Assembly (NCBI GenBank): GCA_031417395.1
Contig: JANOVM010000036.1
Coordinates: 56,956 to 120,955 of the forward strand
Length of the DNA: 64,000 nucleotides
Direction: 5' to 3'
Source: Bacteroidota bacterium
GTDB taxonomy: Bacteria; Bacteroidota; Bacteroidia; AKYH767-A; 2013-40CM-41-45
Every line of letters begins with the position of its first letter. Position 1 is the stretch's first letter. The position numbers and the translations under genes are program-made. The notes beneath the pieces are model-generated. The model worked only from the letters and a program-made list of their open reading frames with translations, was not told the DNA's origin and ran no database searches. Shown in pieces: positions 18,679 to 27,733 of this stretch.

Positions 18679-20717
18679 TTACGAATTCTCTTTTTTAAAA
18701 GTGTTTGCTTTATTATTGAAAGATCATTGAGTTTTTGAAAGACATTAGTCCCAAATCCAAAAGCATTAAGAATAATAGAATCTATTTCAAATATTAATCT
18801 TTCAGTATTTACATCTGGGGCTGATAAATTTTCTCCAAGAATCGTGAGACTACTAATCAATGCAGTATTTAATATGGGGAATGGGATTTTCTTCAATTGT
18901 GTGGCCTCTAATTTTAAAGCTCCACCACCCATGACTGTTCCATATTCTTCCATTGCTACAGTCGCCCATGTGCTATTTAATAAAGCAAGCAATGAATAAT
19001 TATTGTGAGGTGACTTTTTATCAGAAATCCAGAGAGAAGAAAAATTGGCATCAATAAGATATTTAGATTCGTTATTCAACCTTGTCTTTACGGTTCCGGT
19101 ATTTACTCTTGGAATAAATAAGTCGGGGAAGTGTCGCTTTGTAAACTCTGGCAGTGAGTACCAAAATCTTGGAATCTCATTCGCTTTTTTTTCATTCCAT
19201 TTTTTTACATTTGGCTTTACAGCTGATAGATCTGGAATTAATTTATCAGTAGTTTTATTTCCATTTTTAAATGTTGACACCTTCCTTATATAATTAGCTA
19301 AAGGTTCTGGAATCTCGTCATACTTGTTATGAAATGCGGCATTGCATTTTTCAACAAATGAAATATCCTCTATTAGAGCAAAAGATTGTAAGGATAGAAC
19401 AACCCCATCTGACTTAACTTCATTCACTGTAAAAGTGTTATCAAGTTCCGACTGTTTTCTTACTACTTCCCTGAAGTATTTTCTATTAATATGGAAGGGA
19501 AGCAGCTTAAATCGCTTGTGTGGGGCTACTAAAATTTCTTCATTGGTTGCCAATTTGTAATTCAGATAGAAAAAATTATTCGCACCAGTCCTTAAACCCT
19601 GACTTACTGCTACACCTATATCTTGAAGATGACAAAAACTAATTTTTACATCTTCATACCAATCTCTAAGAGAAGAAGATGATTTTATTCCATTACTAAC
19701 CAGCTTTTTGCCTGTATAATCTTCTTCAAATAATTTATACCATTTTTGAGTGGTAATTGAGAACTTCAAATCATTGGCAAAGTTTCTTATGGAAATACTT
19801 TTGCTTTCAAATAAACCTTTTACTGATACTTCATTGTCAATGGCTTTAATAAAATCAAGCTCAGGTGAAATGCTTTCTGGAAATATATTTCCGACCAAAC
19901 TGTTAGCAGTTATTGCCTTTGAATATATTGCTGAATAGATGAACTTTTCATCGTCCCATGAGATCAAAGATTTTTTTCTTTTTATCCTTTCCGCAACAAT
20001 TAAAGTGGTTTTGACCTGTGCAGGCTGAAACCATGTAGAGTTTGCATCCTCTATTATATATTCAATTTTAAACCAACGAGATAAAAGATATTTTACAATT
20101 AAGGCGTAATCTCTATTTAGCCAGGTTTCTGGAACAACCATTGCAATCTTGCCACCCTCTTTTACCAATACAGCACATAAAATCCATGAAGGAACAGCAA
20201 GGTCAGAAAGCCCTGATAAGTTTGAAATTATTAGTTTAAAGTAATCTTTGTCAACCTTATCTATTGTTTCAAAATGGTTCAAACACTCAATTAAATTACT
20301 CCGAATTTCATTTATGTTAAGAGTAGAAGGATAACCTTGCTCAACTTTATTAATCGTTTGATAACGAACATAAGGAGGGTTAGTAATTACTAAATCGTAG
20401 CCTTGTGGCAATAATTGTTTTAATATTTCTGTACTAAAGGCATTACCATTGAGTAAATTAATGGATGGGAAATCGCCAATTCTTCTTTGTAAATTTCCAT
20501 AAACATCTGTATCAATTTCAATACCTGTCAAATTTGTTGATGATTCAAAATTCTTTGTGAAGTTTAAAAACATATCACCAATACCACACATTGGGTCAAT
20601 GATATTTTTTGCATTAGCACACTTTGCCAAGTCTGCCAGTAAACATGCCACTGACCTGCCAGAGAAATACTGGCCTAATTCCTTTTTGTTTGATATTTTC
20701 GTTTGTATCACTTCCAA
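18675..20717 (-). CDS. gamma-class N6-adenine DNA methyltransferase (Eco57I/TaqI-like) with TaqI_C-like target-recognition domain, 680 aa
   Basis: IIDPMCGIGDMF (motif I) then LVITNPPYVRYQ (NPPY, motif IV). C-terminal ...YGTVMGGGALKLEATQLKKIPFP resembles the TaqI_C specificity-domain end. Confidence 0.7.
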   Translation of the reverse strand: MEVIQTKISNKKELGQYFSGRSVACLLADLAKCANAKNIIDPMCGIGDMFLNFTKNFESSTNLTGIEIDTDVYGNLQRRIGDFPSINLLNGNAFSTEILKQLLPQGYDLVITNPPYVRYQTINKVEQGYPSTLNINEIRSNLIECLNHFETIDKVDKDYFKLIISNLSGLSDLAVPSWILCAVLVKEGGKIAMVVPETWLNRDYALIVKYLLSRWFKIEYIIEDANSTWFQPAQVKTTLIVAERIKRKKSLISWDDEKFIYSAIYSKAITANSLVGNIFPESISPELDFIKAIDNEVSVKGLFESKSISIRNFANDLKFSITTQKWYKLFEEDYTGKKLVSNGIKSSSSLRDWYEDVKISFCHLQDIGVAVSQGLRTGANNFFYLNYKLATNEEILVAPHKRFKLLPFHINRKYFREVVRKQSELDNTFTVNEVKSDGVVLSLQSFALIEDISFVEKCNAAFHNKYDEIPEPLANYIRKVSTFKNGNKTTDKLIPDLSAVKPNVKKWNEKKANEIPRFWYSLPEFTKRHFPDLFIPRVNTGTVKTRLNNESKYLIDANFSSLWISDKKSPHNNYSLLALLNSTWATVAMEEYGTVMGGGALKLEATQLKKIPFPILNTALISSLTILGENLSAPDVNTERLIFEIDSIILNAFGFGTNVFQKLNDLSIIKQTLLKKRIRK

Positions 20718-20728
20718 AATAAAACTGG

Positions 20729-22573
20729 TTAAATTGAATATTGAGTTTTAGGCAATTCATGTTTAATTATGCTGTAGAATTCACCTGCATCAAATAAAAC
20801 CGGCTTCCCTAATTCCAAACAAGCATTTATATATCTTGAGAAAAGCCTCTCAGGTGTTTGTTCATCATGATTGTTTGATATTAAAAAGGCATTACTAATA
20901 ATCTTCTTAATTAAAGCAGAATCATAATCCTTTTTAATTGCTGACTTTTTTTGTGATACTGTTTCTGATTTAGAAAGCAGCAATAAAGGGTCACCCTGAA
21001 CCTTCACATTTGAGATTACCTGTTTAAAACTACTTTGTATTTTATCAAGTATACTTGATGTAACCACAGTGAAATTTGACCTTTGGTACGAATCAATTAA
21101 AGCTTGCCAGATTTCAGCTTTTGCTGAATGAAATACGAGACTAACTGATCCATTATTTTTAAGAACTCTGTTGACTTCGGAAAATACTGACTGCATAAGC
21201 TGTCTATATTCATCTATTCCCTTTTTTTGAGCAACATTCATTATTGCTTCATCTTTTTGATTGGTTAATTTTCCTAACCAAGCCTCATTAATTTGATTTA
21301 TTTCAGAGTAGGGTATGTAATCACCAAATGGTGGATCTGTAAAAACATAGTCAACTGTTTGCTCAGGAAGTTCTATCTTGGTACTACTTGAATTATAAAC
21401 CCGCACTTTACTCTCACTATTTTCCACAAGTTTAAAAGCTTGTTTTAGAGTAGATATTTTACGTCTAACTCCTTCAAGTATGTTTTTCTCAATAGGCAAG
21501 CCACTTATATATAAAACACCCGACTGAGAACCTGTAATTACAAAATCAGTACTATTCTTTTTTACAACCACCCGTGTCATTAAAGTTGAATGAGAGGAGT
21601 TATAACTAAGTAGAAGAAACTTTAAAGCATCTTGATACTCTAAAGGATAGCTGCTTATTTTATTCCATAACCTTGAAAAAACAACAGCATTTCTGTCGGT
21701 GTAGAAATGGTGAAGATGTGATATACCAGTATGATAACCTTTGCGATACAAAACGCCCCAATTAATTTCATGCTTAGGAAAGCTAATTATCTCAATAGGT
21801 GATAAACAGTTTTTAAAATGACTAATATCCTTTTTTGTAACAAGACGGCTCCATGATTTCTTGCCCGTACGACCATAAATTTTTACAGGTATTCTTTTCT
21901 TAGCAACATGATTTTTATTTAGAATTATATCCCAAGAGTTTTCAGTTGCACGGTGTATATTATTTATTGCATCACTATGTTTACAGTGAGGGCATTTAAA
22001 GTTTGATGAAATACTAAGCGGTTTTTGAGTTACGGCAATATCCCAAAAAGTGGATTCCTTTTTACATTTGGTACACTCCAAAACATCGGACCAAATCACA
22101 TATCTGATGATTCCTTCATTACCATCATTATCAACGACTGAATAAATATTACCAACCTCGATTTCAACATCTTTTAATAATTTTTGAGCAAGCTTTTCAA
22201 ATTTATCCGGAGAAGGTGGATTACACATAACATTACTTACAAATGCACCTAACGTACTAAGTTCATATAAAACTGCATTACGTTTACCCCATTTTGGATT
22301 AAGACAAAGGCTTTTTGCAGTATCAATCATAAATTGGGTTGGTTTGTCGCATAGCATTGTAGCTAATCCAGTTGTTCCACTGCCTGCAAAAGGGTCTAAA
22401 ACGGTAGCACCTACATCGGTGTGACAAGCAATAAATATTCCGATTGATTCTGGTGATATTTTAGTTGGATATGAAAAGGCATTGTATAATGCCCCATTTC
22501 TATTTGAGGGTAATGGAGAATTATAAAGTTTTTTCAAATCAGAGATTTGTAGTTGTGTTTTTTTATCTTTCAT
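20729..22573 (-). CDS. N4/N6 DNA methyltransferase with permuted motif order and an inserted zinc ribbon, 614 aa
   Basis: YPTK...VLDPFAGSGTTGLA (beta-class-like AdoMet motif) near the N-terminus. ~340-aa insert with CTKCKK...CPHCKH. Then VFTDPPFG...RVLKNNGSVSLVFHS (motif IV and following region). Confidence 0.7.
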   Translation of the reverse strand: MKDKKTQLQISDLKKLYNSPLPSNRNGALYNAFSYPTKISPESIGIFIACHTDVGATVLDPFAGSGTTGLATMLCDKPTQFMIDTAKSLCLNPKWGKRNAVLYELSTLGAFVSNVMCNPPSPDKFEKLAQKLLKDVEIEVGNIYSVVDNDGNEGIIRYVIWSDVLECTKCKKESTFWDIAVTQKPLSISSNFKCPHCKHSDAINNIHRATENSWDIILNKNHVAKKRIPVKIYGRTGKKSWSRLVTKKDISHFKNCLSPIEIISFPKHEINWGVLYRKGYHTGISHLHHFYTDRNAVVFSRLWNKISSYPLEYQDALKFLLLSYNSSHSTLMTRVVVKKNSTDFVITGSQSGVLYISGLPIEKNILEGVRRKISTLKQAFKLVENSESKVRVYNSSSTKIELPEQTVDYVFTDPPFGDYIPYSEINQINEAWLGKLTNQKDEAIMNVAQKKGIDEYRQLMQSVFSEVNRVLKNNGSVSLVFHSAKAEIWQALIDSYQRSNFTVVTSSILDKIQSSFKQVISNVKVQGDPLLLLSKSETVSQKKSAIKKDYDSALIKKIISNAFLISNNHDEQTPERLFSRYINACLELGKPVLFDAGEFYSIIKHELPKTQYSI

Positions 22574-22956
22574 AATTTTCTCATCATTTTGTATTTGATT
22601 TGTTTTTCAGCAACCTTCAGTGCTTGAATTCCAAAATCTTCGTCTTGAATTTCGTAAAGAATTTTTTCGCTTAAATATTGAATAAGTAACGATTCCTTGT
22701 CGAGTTCAAGAATGTTAGCTAACTTGGTTATCTGGTCACGAGTTGCTTTTCTTTCTCCTCGTTCAATCTTACTCAGTATAGCTGTGTCAATGTCGAGTTG
22801 AGCAGAAACGTGTCGCAATAGCAGCCCTTTTTTCTCTCTTTTCTCTCTGATTATTTCTCCGGTCGTTTTCAATTTGAAAATATTAACTTGACAATTATTG
22901 TCAAATGTAAAAAGTATTTTTGTCTTGGTCGCAATAAATTTGAAAGATTTTATCAA
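22570..22956 (-). CDS. XRE-family helix-turn-helix transcriptional regulator (possible controller protein of the MTase operon)
   Basis: LLLRHVSAQLDIDTAILSKIERGERKATRDQITKLANIL HTH. First gene of the operon, 4-nt overlap with the next gene. Confidence 0.6.
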   Translation of the reverse strand: MIKSFKFIATKTKILFTFDNNCQVNIFKLKTTGEIIREKREKKGLLLRHVSAQLDIDTAILSKIERGERKATRDQITKLANILELDKESLLIQYLSEKILYEIQDEDFGIQALKVAEKQIKYKMMRKL

Positions 22957-23240
22957 CAGTCTTTAAACTCGTCAGGAAGTCGGGTGGTGGGTGGGCTTGG
23001 GTGCTGTTGGGCAAAATAAAATGTGCTGCAAACTGTGTTGATTTGTGCGTTGGTTTGCAGCTCTTTTTATTTTGCGAAGCATTGGCATTTTGTCTGTTGT
23101 TTTATTGTTCCTTTTTTGTCTGCTGTGTCATCTTTTAGCATGACCGGTAACGTTTCCGTTCCCGCGACCGTTTCGTGAAATTTCTATTAGGAGGGGTTGG
23201 CGCGACTGGTTGCGCATATTTCGGGATTGGATGTGGGTAT
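22957..23240. repeat. GT-skewed, GC-elevated leader related to 15129..15420
   Basis: GGTGGGTGGGCTTGGGTGCTGTTGGGCAAAA...GTGCGTTGGTTTGCAGCTC. Same motif blocks as the first region, immediately upstream of the HTH gene. Confidence 0.5.
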
Positions 23241-23371
23241 TAACTCTTTATGCAAAGTATAATAATAATTCTATATTTCAAAATGGGCAGTAATGTATGT
23301 AGCAATATTCAAACGTTTAAATTGGCAAATTTTCATATTTCATACTTATATTGAACAACATGTATGAAAAC

Positions 23372-23406
23372 AAAAAAAGGTGGCGAATACTTTCCGCCAC
23401 CTTTTA
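23372..23406 (-). terminator. rho-independent terminator downstream of 23425..25398
   Basis: GGTGGCG-loop-CGCCACC hairpin flanked by an A-run and a T-run. Confidence 0.5.
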
Positions 23407-23424
23407 AGTTAACAAACTTTACGC

Positions 23425-25398
23425 TTAATGAAAAACAACTATCTTAGATATTCCTTCTGTTTTATTTTCACCTATTACCTTTATGGTATAAATGCCTTCC
23501 GGTAACCTTGATGTATTTATAATATGCGATTCAGTACTGAAGGAGCCCTTAAGTACTTCTTTTCCCATGGCATCGGTAACAATGATTTTTCTTAATTGCC
23601 GGTTATTAAAAAATAGCTGACATTTTTCATTCGATGGATTTGGAAATACATTGATCTGTGAAGAAGAATTTTCAGGTTGAGAAATAGAAAGAAACTGATC
23701 AACAGTATTCACCGTCATATTCGTATAAATCGGTTGATTGAAGTCAAAATAAATGGAAGCGGAATTTTGAATCTGTGTTAAATGAGCTACATTATTGTTT
23801 TGTTTTATCTTATAGGAAACATAACCATGACTGGCAGGTTCATTGGCATTGCTATCGGGAAGCATAATGTTGTCGTAGTTAAAGCGAATAATGTTTCCGG
23901 TAAGTAAAGACCAATGCATTGTGTGACTGGTCGCAATTACTTCAATAGATGATATATCCAGATTCTGATCAATGGTGTCAAGTATATATGTATTATAAGC
24001 TTCAGCATTTCCCGTATTTTGGAAACGAATGGTATAGGTAAGATCGGTATTTGGTCTTACGGAACCTTGTACTCCCTCTCCGGATGGTGTAACATACTTA
24101 TCATTCGGATCCCAGGAATTTACGACGGGAAAACAAAATGTTTGAGAATTGTTGGAAGGAATGGAATCTCCTGCAACAGGAGTAAGGTTTACCGTCACAC
24201 AAACACTGTCGCCTATATTGGCATTGGGAGAAACTTGCACAGGAAGACAGAAAGACCAGTATAGATCAGGACTGCTGATAGGAAATGTTACTGTTTGTCC
24301 GTTGACTGTATAACCAATACCTGCTGTGTCGGGTAATGGAGTCAGGTCAGCATCGAATACTAATTCAATTTGTCCGTTAGGGGTATTGCAAAATTGATTG
24401 AATGCATGAACACAAAGACTTCCCGTAAAACCCGGACGGAATCTCCAGCCGCTTGCCCAACTGCGAAGATCAAAACCGGGAGGACAGTTTAAGCCGAAGT
24501 CGTTTCCTGTTGAAGGTATTGTACTTACAGTTTGTATCCCTGAAAGCGGACAGGAAGGAGTAAAATGCACAGAATATCCATTCGGTGCATTTACCTGAAC
24601 AGTATAGGTTGATCCGACAGGTACGTTAAACGAATAGACCCCATTGGAATCAGTGCTTGCCCAACCGCCTAATGTTGTTCCATTCAAAAGAGTTAGAGAA
24701 ATGTTGGGCAACAGAATATCACCGGCATCGTAAATGCAATTATTATTTATATCCTGGTAAACAATACCGGAAATATTTCCACATGTTGATGCAACGACTA
24801 TTTGATTCGCTACTACCGTATCTGCCTGCTGATTCGGACCTGTCATAATAAGGGAAGGGATATAACTTCCTGCATTAGTATAGATATGAGTGAACATCCC
24901 ATTTATTTGAATATTCGCAGCAGATAGATAAAAAACGCTGTCGATTCCATCGCCAAACAGAACTTCAAATTTTATAGAATCAGTAGGTAAATATCCGTTT
25001 GTATAGCCGTAATAATAAAAGTCTTCTGCTGCCGGAACTGTGCAATAATAGAAAAGTGAGTCATCAAAAAACTGTAATGATACAAATGGTGTAAAATTAA
25101 CAGGTACATTCTGACAAATAAAGTCTGAACATCCGAGGCTGTCGTATATTGTAAGGCATGCGTTGTATATACCTACACCTGAATAAGTATGTGTAGGATT
25201 CGTCAGATTTGATGAATCACCATCACCGAAATCCCAGGTATAGGTCATAGGCCCTGAACCAGTAGAACCATTGGCGAAGGCTACGACTGATGACGACGGT
25301 TGAACGACAGTGTAGTTAAAGTTTGCAACACATTGAGCATAGAGGTTGCCTGTGAAAAGGAAAACAATCAGAAACAGAAGGAGTAGTTTTTTTTTCAT
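23425..25398 (-). CDS. T9SS-sorted adhesin-like protein (PKD domain, SdrD-B/CarboxypepD_reg-like domain, DUF11-type conserved repeat, T9SS type-A CTD), 657 aa
   Basis: Signal peptide. WDFGDGDSSNLTNPTHTY PKD motif. DINNNCIYDAGDILLPN B-type domain. SWDPNDK...IRFQNTGNAEA DUF11-like motif. C-terminal VFPNPSNEK...IVVFH. Confidence 0.6.
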   Translation of the reverse strand: MKKKLLLLFLIVFLFTGNLYAQCVANFNYTVVQPSSSVVAFANGSTGSGPMTYTWDFGDGDSSNLTNPTHTYSGVGIYNACLTIYDSLGCSDFICQNVPVNFTPFVSLQFFDDSLFYYCTVPAAEDFYYYGYTNGYLPTDSIKFEVLFGDGIDSVFYLSAANIQINGMFTHIYTNAGSYIPSLIMTGPNQQADTVVANQIVVASTCGNISGIVYQDINNNCIYDAGDILLPNISLTLLNGTTLGGWASTDSNGVYSFNVPVGSTYTVQVNAPNGYSVHFTPSCPLSGIQTVSTIPSTGNDFGLNCPPGFDLRSWASGWRFRPGFTGSLCVHAFNQFCNTPNGQIELVFDADLTPLPDTAGIGYTVNGQTVTFPISSPDLYWSFCLPVQVSPNANIGDSVCVTVNLTPVAGDSIPSNNSQTFCFPVVNSWDPNDKYVTPSGEGVQGSVRPNTDLTYTIRFQNTGNAEAYNTYILDTIDQNLDISSIEVIATSHTMHWSLLTGNIIRFNYDNIMLPDSNANEPASHGYVSYKIKQNNNVAHLTQIQNSASIYFDFNQPIYTNMTVNTVDQFLSISQPENSSSQINVFPNPSNEKCQLFFNNRQLRKIIVTDAMGKEVLKGSFSTESHIINTSRLPEGIYTIKVIGENKTEGISKIVVFH

Positions 25399-25527
25399 TG
25401 TATAAGGGAATTTGATAATTAGAAATTAAAATGGAATTATTGATTGGAGTTAAAGAAATATGTTTTAAATAAAAATGAATGAATTAAAGAAAGACATGTC
25501 TAAAATCTGATGAAATAAATAATATTA

Positions 25528-25556
25528 AAAGCGGCCGTTAATTTTCGCCGCTTTTA
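25528..25556 (-). terminator. rho-independent terminator downstream of 25576..27549
   Basis: AGCGGC-loop-GCCGCT hairpin followed by TTTT (minus sense). Confidence 0.45.
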
Positions 25557-25575
25557 ATATTATTTAATTTTTGTT

Positions 25576-27549
25576 CTAATGTTTAACTATCAACTTAGAT
25601 ATAACTTCTGAATTATCGGATTCAATTATTCTGACAGTATATAATCCGGCAGCGAATTTAGCAGTATTTATTGTATAGGATTCCGAACGGAAAGTGTTTT
25701 TGAAAACTTCTTTTCCAAAAACATCTGTAACAATAAGCTTTCTGGTGTTCTGGTCTTTAAAAAATAACTGACATTTTTCATTCGATGGATTAGGATAAAT
25801 ATTCATTAAGGAAGAATTATTTTCCGTTTTGGAAATGGAAAGGAACATGTCAACCGTATTCACTGTCTTATTCGTATAAATCGGAGGATTGAAATCAAAA
25901 TAAATGGAGGCTGAATTCTGAATCTGTGTTAAATGTGCAACGTTGTTATTTTGTTTGATTCTGTAAGTAACGTAACCATGACTTGCAGGTTCATTGGCAT
26001 TACTGTCGAGGAGCATAATATTGTCGTAGTTAAAGCGAATAATATTTCCTGTAAGAATAGACCAATGCATGGTATGGCTTGTAGCAATAACTTCCAAAGA
26101 AGTTGGATCAAGGCTTGCATCAAGGGTATCGAGGATATAAATATTAATCGCTTCAGCATTTCCTGTATTCTGGAAACGTATGGTATAGGTTAGGTCTGTA
26201 TTCGGACGAATAGCTCCCTGTCCTCCATCGCCTGAAGGAATTACATACTTATCATTCGGATCCCAGGAATTTCTGACAGGAAAACAAAACGTTTGTGTGT
26301 TATTGGAAGGAATTGAATCTCCTAAAACCGGTGTAAGGTTCATGGTGATACATATACTATCTCCTATTTGTGCATTGGTTGCAACTGTAACAGGAATGCA
26401 GAATGACCAATTTAAATCAGGACTGCTTATTGGTAATGTAACCGTTTGTCCGGTGATTGTATAGCCAATTCCTGTCGTATCCGGTAGTGGTGTCAAATCA
26501 GGATCAAGTATTATTTCTATCTGACCGTTTGGTGTATTGCAAAATTGATTGTAAGCATAAATGCATACGCTTGTTGTAAATCCCGGACGGAATCCCCAGC
26601 CGCTTACAAAACCCTGAAGGTCAAATCCCGGCGGACAAGTAAGTCCGAAATCATTTCCGGAGGAAGGAAGCGAACTTACGCTAATACTTCCCGATGGTGG
26701 ACAGGTAGAAGTAAGATGATAATAATATCCTCCCAGAGTATTAACCTGAATGGTATAGCTTGGACCTGTAGGTACGTTAAAAGAATAAACTCCGTTTGAA
26801 TCAGAACTTGCCCAGCCTACTACGGTGCTTCCATCATAAATAGTGAGAGAAACATAAGGCAATAGTATATCACCGGCATCGTAAATACAATTGTTATTTA
26901 TGTCCTGGTAAATAGTTCCTGTTATACTTCCGCATGTAGCTCCAACTATAATTGGATTGGCATTCATTGTATCGGCAGCTAAATCAGGGCCTGTTACTAT
27001 AAGTTGAGGATTGTAATTTCCTGCATTGGTATAAATATGAGTAACCATTCCATAAAAAGATGAATTAGCAGTTGATTGATAAAAAGTGCTGTCTGTTCCA
27101 TCACCAAAAATAAAATTGAATTTTATGGAATCGGTTGGCAGGTAACCGAAAGCACCACCGGAAAAATAGAAGTCTTCAGAAGCAGGTGTCGTACAAAAAT
27201 AGTACAGGGAATCATCGAAATACTGTATGACCACACCCGGTGCTACATTTAATGAAACTGCAACAGTAGAAGAGTCTGTACAACCTAAGCCATCACTTAT
27301 AGTTAGGCTTACATAATACACGCCACCTGCAACGTAAGTATGTGTTGGATTTGGAAGATTAGAGCTGCTTCCATCACCAAAACTCCATTGGTAAGTTAAT
27401 GGTTGAGATCCCGTAGAGGTATTAACAAATGAAATAACTGCAGGCACAGCAGGTCCTCCGGAATAAGTAAATGAAGCGACACATTGAGCCCTAAGTTCAC
27501 CGGCTAGTAGCAAGAGGGCGAATAAGGAAAGAAGTAGATTTTTTTTCAT
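25576..27549 (-). CDS. T9SS-sorted adhesin-like protein, tandem paralog of 23425..25398 (657 aa)
   Basis: Same domain order and identical length. Large blocks are identical (DINNNCIYDAGDILLP, NSWDPNDKYV, IRFQNTGNAEA, HGYV.Y.IKQNNNVAHLTQIQNSASIYFDFN). Confidence 0.6.
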   Translation of the reverse strand: MKKNLLLSLFALLLLAGELRAQCVASFTYSGGPAVPAVISFVNTSTGSQPLTYQWSFGDGSSSNLPNPTHTYVAGGVYYVSLTISDGLGCTDSSTVAVSLNVAPGVVIQYFDDSLYYFCTTPASEDFYFSGGAFGYLPTDSIKFNFIFGDGTDSTFYQSTANSSFYGMVTHIYTNAGNYNPQLIVTGPDLAADTMNANPIIVGATCGSITGTIYQDINNNCIYDAGDILLPYVSLTIYDGSTVVGWASSDSNGVYSFNVPTGPSYTIQVNTLGGYYYHLTSTCPPSGSISVSSLPSSGNDFGLTCPPGFDLQGFVSGWGFRPGFTTSVCIYAYNQFCNTPNGQIEIILDPDLTPLPDTTGIGYTITGQTVTLPISSPDLNWSFCIPVTVATNAQIGDSICITMNLTPVLGDSIPSNNTQTFCFPVRNSWDPNDKYVIPSGDGGQGAIRPNTDLTYTIRFQNTGNAEAINIYILDTLDASLDPTSLEVIATSHTMHWSILTGNIIRFNYDNIMLLDSNANEPASHGYVTYRIKQNNNVAHLTQIQNSASIYFDFNPPIYTNKTVNTVDMFLSISKTENNSSLMNIYPNPSNEKCQLFFKDQNTRKLIVTDVFGKEVFKNTFRSESYTINTAKFAAGLYTVRIIESDNSEVISKLIVKH

Positions 27550-27733
27550 AGTAAAGGGGTTTTTGATTAATTAATGGTTATACAAATAAACACGATAAAA
27601 GTAATCGTTTGGTTTAGTCTAATAGTAATTAATTATTGATGCAAAATAGTGTTTTTGCCCAAAAAACGGAAGGAAGGCCTAATCTTTAAGTAAAGAAGTC
27701 CTGTTCCTCATGCAATAAACCTAAATCCTCAAA

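Noticed and set aside
13312-23240. Prophage or integrative element interpretation of the island
   Set aside because: No integrase, transposase, tRNA attachment site or structural phage genes are present. Only the anomalous GT-rich leaders flank it, so it is described as a defence/R-M-like island of unknown mobility.
24019-26799. Plus-strand ORFs inside the T9SS adhesin genes (24019..24264, 24657..24848, 25933..26193, 26545..26799) and similar antisense ORFs inside nrdA, sdhA, the MTases and glyQS
   Set aside because: Each is fully embedded antisense within a well-supported long CDS and has no independent start context, so they are typical six-frame artefacts.
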